This document shows, one piece after another, positions 30,690-32,000 of a DNA stretch of 32,000 bases. The first letter of the stretch is position 1. Every line of letters begins with the position of its first letter. The position numbers and the translations under genes were made by a program. Below the pieces are notes generated by a model. The model ran no database searches. It had not been told where the DNA came from and saw only the letters and a list, made by a program, of their open reading frames with translations. The DNA lies in the NCBI GenBank assembly GCA_022646745.1, contig CP060262.1, forward strand, positions 1,140,001 to 1,172,000, read 5' to 3'. The DNA is from Planctomycetales bacterium. Lineage in GTDB: Bacteria; 4484-113; JAFGCY01.

Positions 30690-32000
30690 TCACTCGCCCA
30701 TCCAGCTCAGCAACTTGTCAATGAAGGCCGTATAGAACTCCGCGGAGTGGCTCATGGCGTTGATGCCGGTGATCGCGCGGATGTCCTCCGGCAGCTCCTC
30801 CGGCTTCGGCCAGGCAAATCCCTCCATCATCACCGGGATGATGTGCGTACCGCAGTGCAGGGCGGTGGCAATCTCCTTCCTGACAACGTCATCCTCATCC
30901 GAACAGCAGCGGCTGAGGAATTCCGGTGTCATGAGGATCACCATGTGCCGGCTGTAGCGGATCGCCTCGCGCAGGCCGTCCTCGAAGCGACCACTTGACA
31001 AGCCGTCCTGGTCGCGGAACACCTGCTTCCGCCTGAGCTCCATGTGGGCCTGCAAGAGCATGGAGTGGGTCTGCCCCGGATCGCGCCGGTAGCAGATGAA
31101 GACGTCGTGCTTCTTCTCGTTGTCAGGCACGGGCTGCACCGCGAGCGGCTGGCTGGCAATCTGCTCCTCAAGCAGCTTCTCCGGCTTTGGCGACATCCAG
31201 TCCTTGAGCGTCTCCTTCACGAATGCCGGCTGTACAATGCCGAGTTTGCCGCAGATCATGATGGAACGGTATGCCTCGTCAATGGCCTCCTCGCGATGGC
31301 CTGCCTCATACATCGTGATGGCACGCTGGAAGTACAGGTTCCACTGCTCGGCCATTCCCTGTTCACTGAACTGCTCCTCGGCCAGGGCATAGGCATCCAG
31401 AGCGTCCTCATAGCGCCCGAGCTTGCCATAGACAGCCGCCCTGCTGGACTGGATGCCCGGGTACGCTGGCAGGCCCTGTTCCCGGTAGAGCTGCTCCGAT
31501 TCATCGAAGGCGGCCAGCGCTTCCTCATAGCGCCCGAGCAGGGACAGGGTCTCCCCACGGCAGTTGGCAATGCCGGGAAAGACAGGCAGGCCTTGTTCCC
31601 TGAACATCCGCTCGCAACGGGCATAGGACTCGAGCGCTTCATCGTGCCGCCCGATCAGGTCCTGGGCATTGCCGCGGTTGAGGTATATGCCCGGGAAGAC
31701 CGGCAGGCCCTGTTCCATGTACATGCGTTCCGCTTCCGCGAAACTCGAAAGGGCCTCCTCATTGCGGCCGCTGTGATGATGCACAACCCCCATGTTGCAG
31801 GTGATGACCGGCGATGCCGGCAGGCCCTGGCTGGCCAGGCGCTGCTGGGCCTCACCGAATGAGGCAAGCGCATCCGCATAGCGGCCCAGGTTCTGGAAGC
31901 AGTTGCCACGCGTGTTGGCGATACCCGGCAGCAGTGCGCTGCCCTGTTCCCGGCAGAGGGCGTCAGCCCTGTCACAGCATTCAAGGGCATCATCAAACCT
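30690..32000 (-). CDS. TPR-TIR protein, paralog D (5' end beyond the window)
   Basis: The track lists 30690-31793 from an internal Met. Manual translation upstream in the same frame has no stop through 32000 and continues the TPR pattern (...RFDDALECCDRADALCREQGSALLPGIANTRGNCFQNLGRYADALASFGEAQQRLASQGLPASPVITCNMGVVHH...). The TIR C-terminus is about 85% identical to A by eye. Confidence 0.85.
   Translation of the reverse strand, partial: RFDDALECCDRADALCREQGSALLPGIANTRGNCFQNLGRYADALASFGEAQQRLASQGLPASPVITCNMGVVHHHSGRNEEALSSFAEAERMYMEQGLPVFPGIYLNRGNAQDLIGRHDEALESYARCERMFREQGLPVFPGIANCRGETLSLLGRYEEALAAFDESEQLYREQGLPAYPGIQSSRAAVYGKLGRYEDALDAYALAEEQFSEQGMAEQWNLYFQRAITMYEAGHREEAIDEAYRSIMICGKLGIVQPAFVKETLKDWMSPKPEKLLEEQIASQPLAVQPVPDNEKKHDVFICYRRDPGQTHSMLLQAHMELRRKQVFRDQDGLSSGRFEDGLREAIRYSRHMVILMTPEFLSRCCSDEDDVVRKEIATALHCGTHIIPVMMEGFAWPKPEELPEDIRAITGINAMSHSAEFYTAFIDKLLSWMGE

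Noticed and set aside
24306-32000. Assigning the TIR locus to Thoeris, or to another named TIR system
   Set aside because: I recognise no ThsA-like SIR2/SLOG or Macro protein, no cyclase, no Argonaute/APAZ and no STAND NTPase motifs in the window. Naming a known system would be unsupported.

Overview
High-GC (about 60%) bacterial chromosomal window, densely coding and mostly on the minus strand. I cannot assign a phylum from sequence alone. Left to right: (1) a housekeeping block with a partial polyprenyl diphosphate synthase, System II cytochrome c biogenesis genes (ccsA, then resB), RNase HII, an extended LspA and a VOC-fold protein. (2) A run of small membrane-protein ORFs. (3) A GldA/F/G-like ABC operon (ATPase, ABC-2 permease, GldG-like, DUF4340-like). 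(4) A DinB-family gene, an AT-rich lipoprotein islet and a secreted DUF1028-TPR fusion. (5) Two paralogous BsuPI-like lipoprotein genes with a shared conserved leader, bracketing a secreted 14-blade-class WD40 protein and lexA. lexA has a consensus promoter with an embedded 17-bp palindrome. (6) A beta-propeller protein, a small SRP RNA that the ORF track cannot show, a dihaem cytochrome c lipoprotein with a secreted partner, a second VOC protein and a DUF488 protein. (7) The stand-out locus at 24.3 kb to the window end: at least four tandem paralogs that fuse a kinesin-light-chain-like TPR array to a C-terminal TIR domain. None carries an NTPase module. The array is interrupted by a small Cys-containing beta-sandwich ORF and followed by a 2-TM protein. 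The paralogs are separated by unusual intergenic elements made of inverted 8-mer tandem arrays. The same stop-codon-abutting inverted short-repeat architecture recurs upstream of lspA with a different, G-rich unit. Most long plus-strand ORFs in the track are antisense shadow ORFs typical of high-GC DNA. All domain calls rest on motif recognition by eye; no searches were run.
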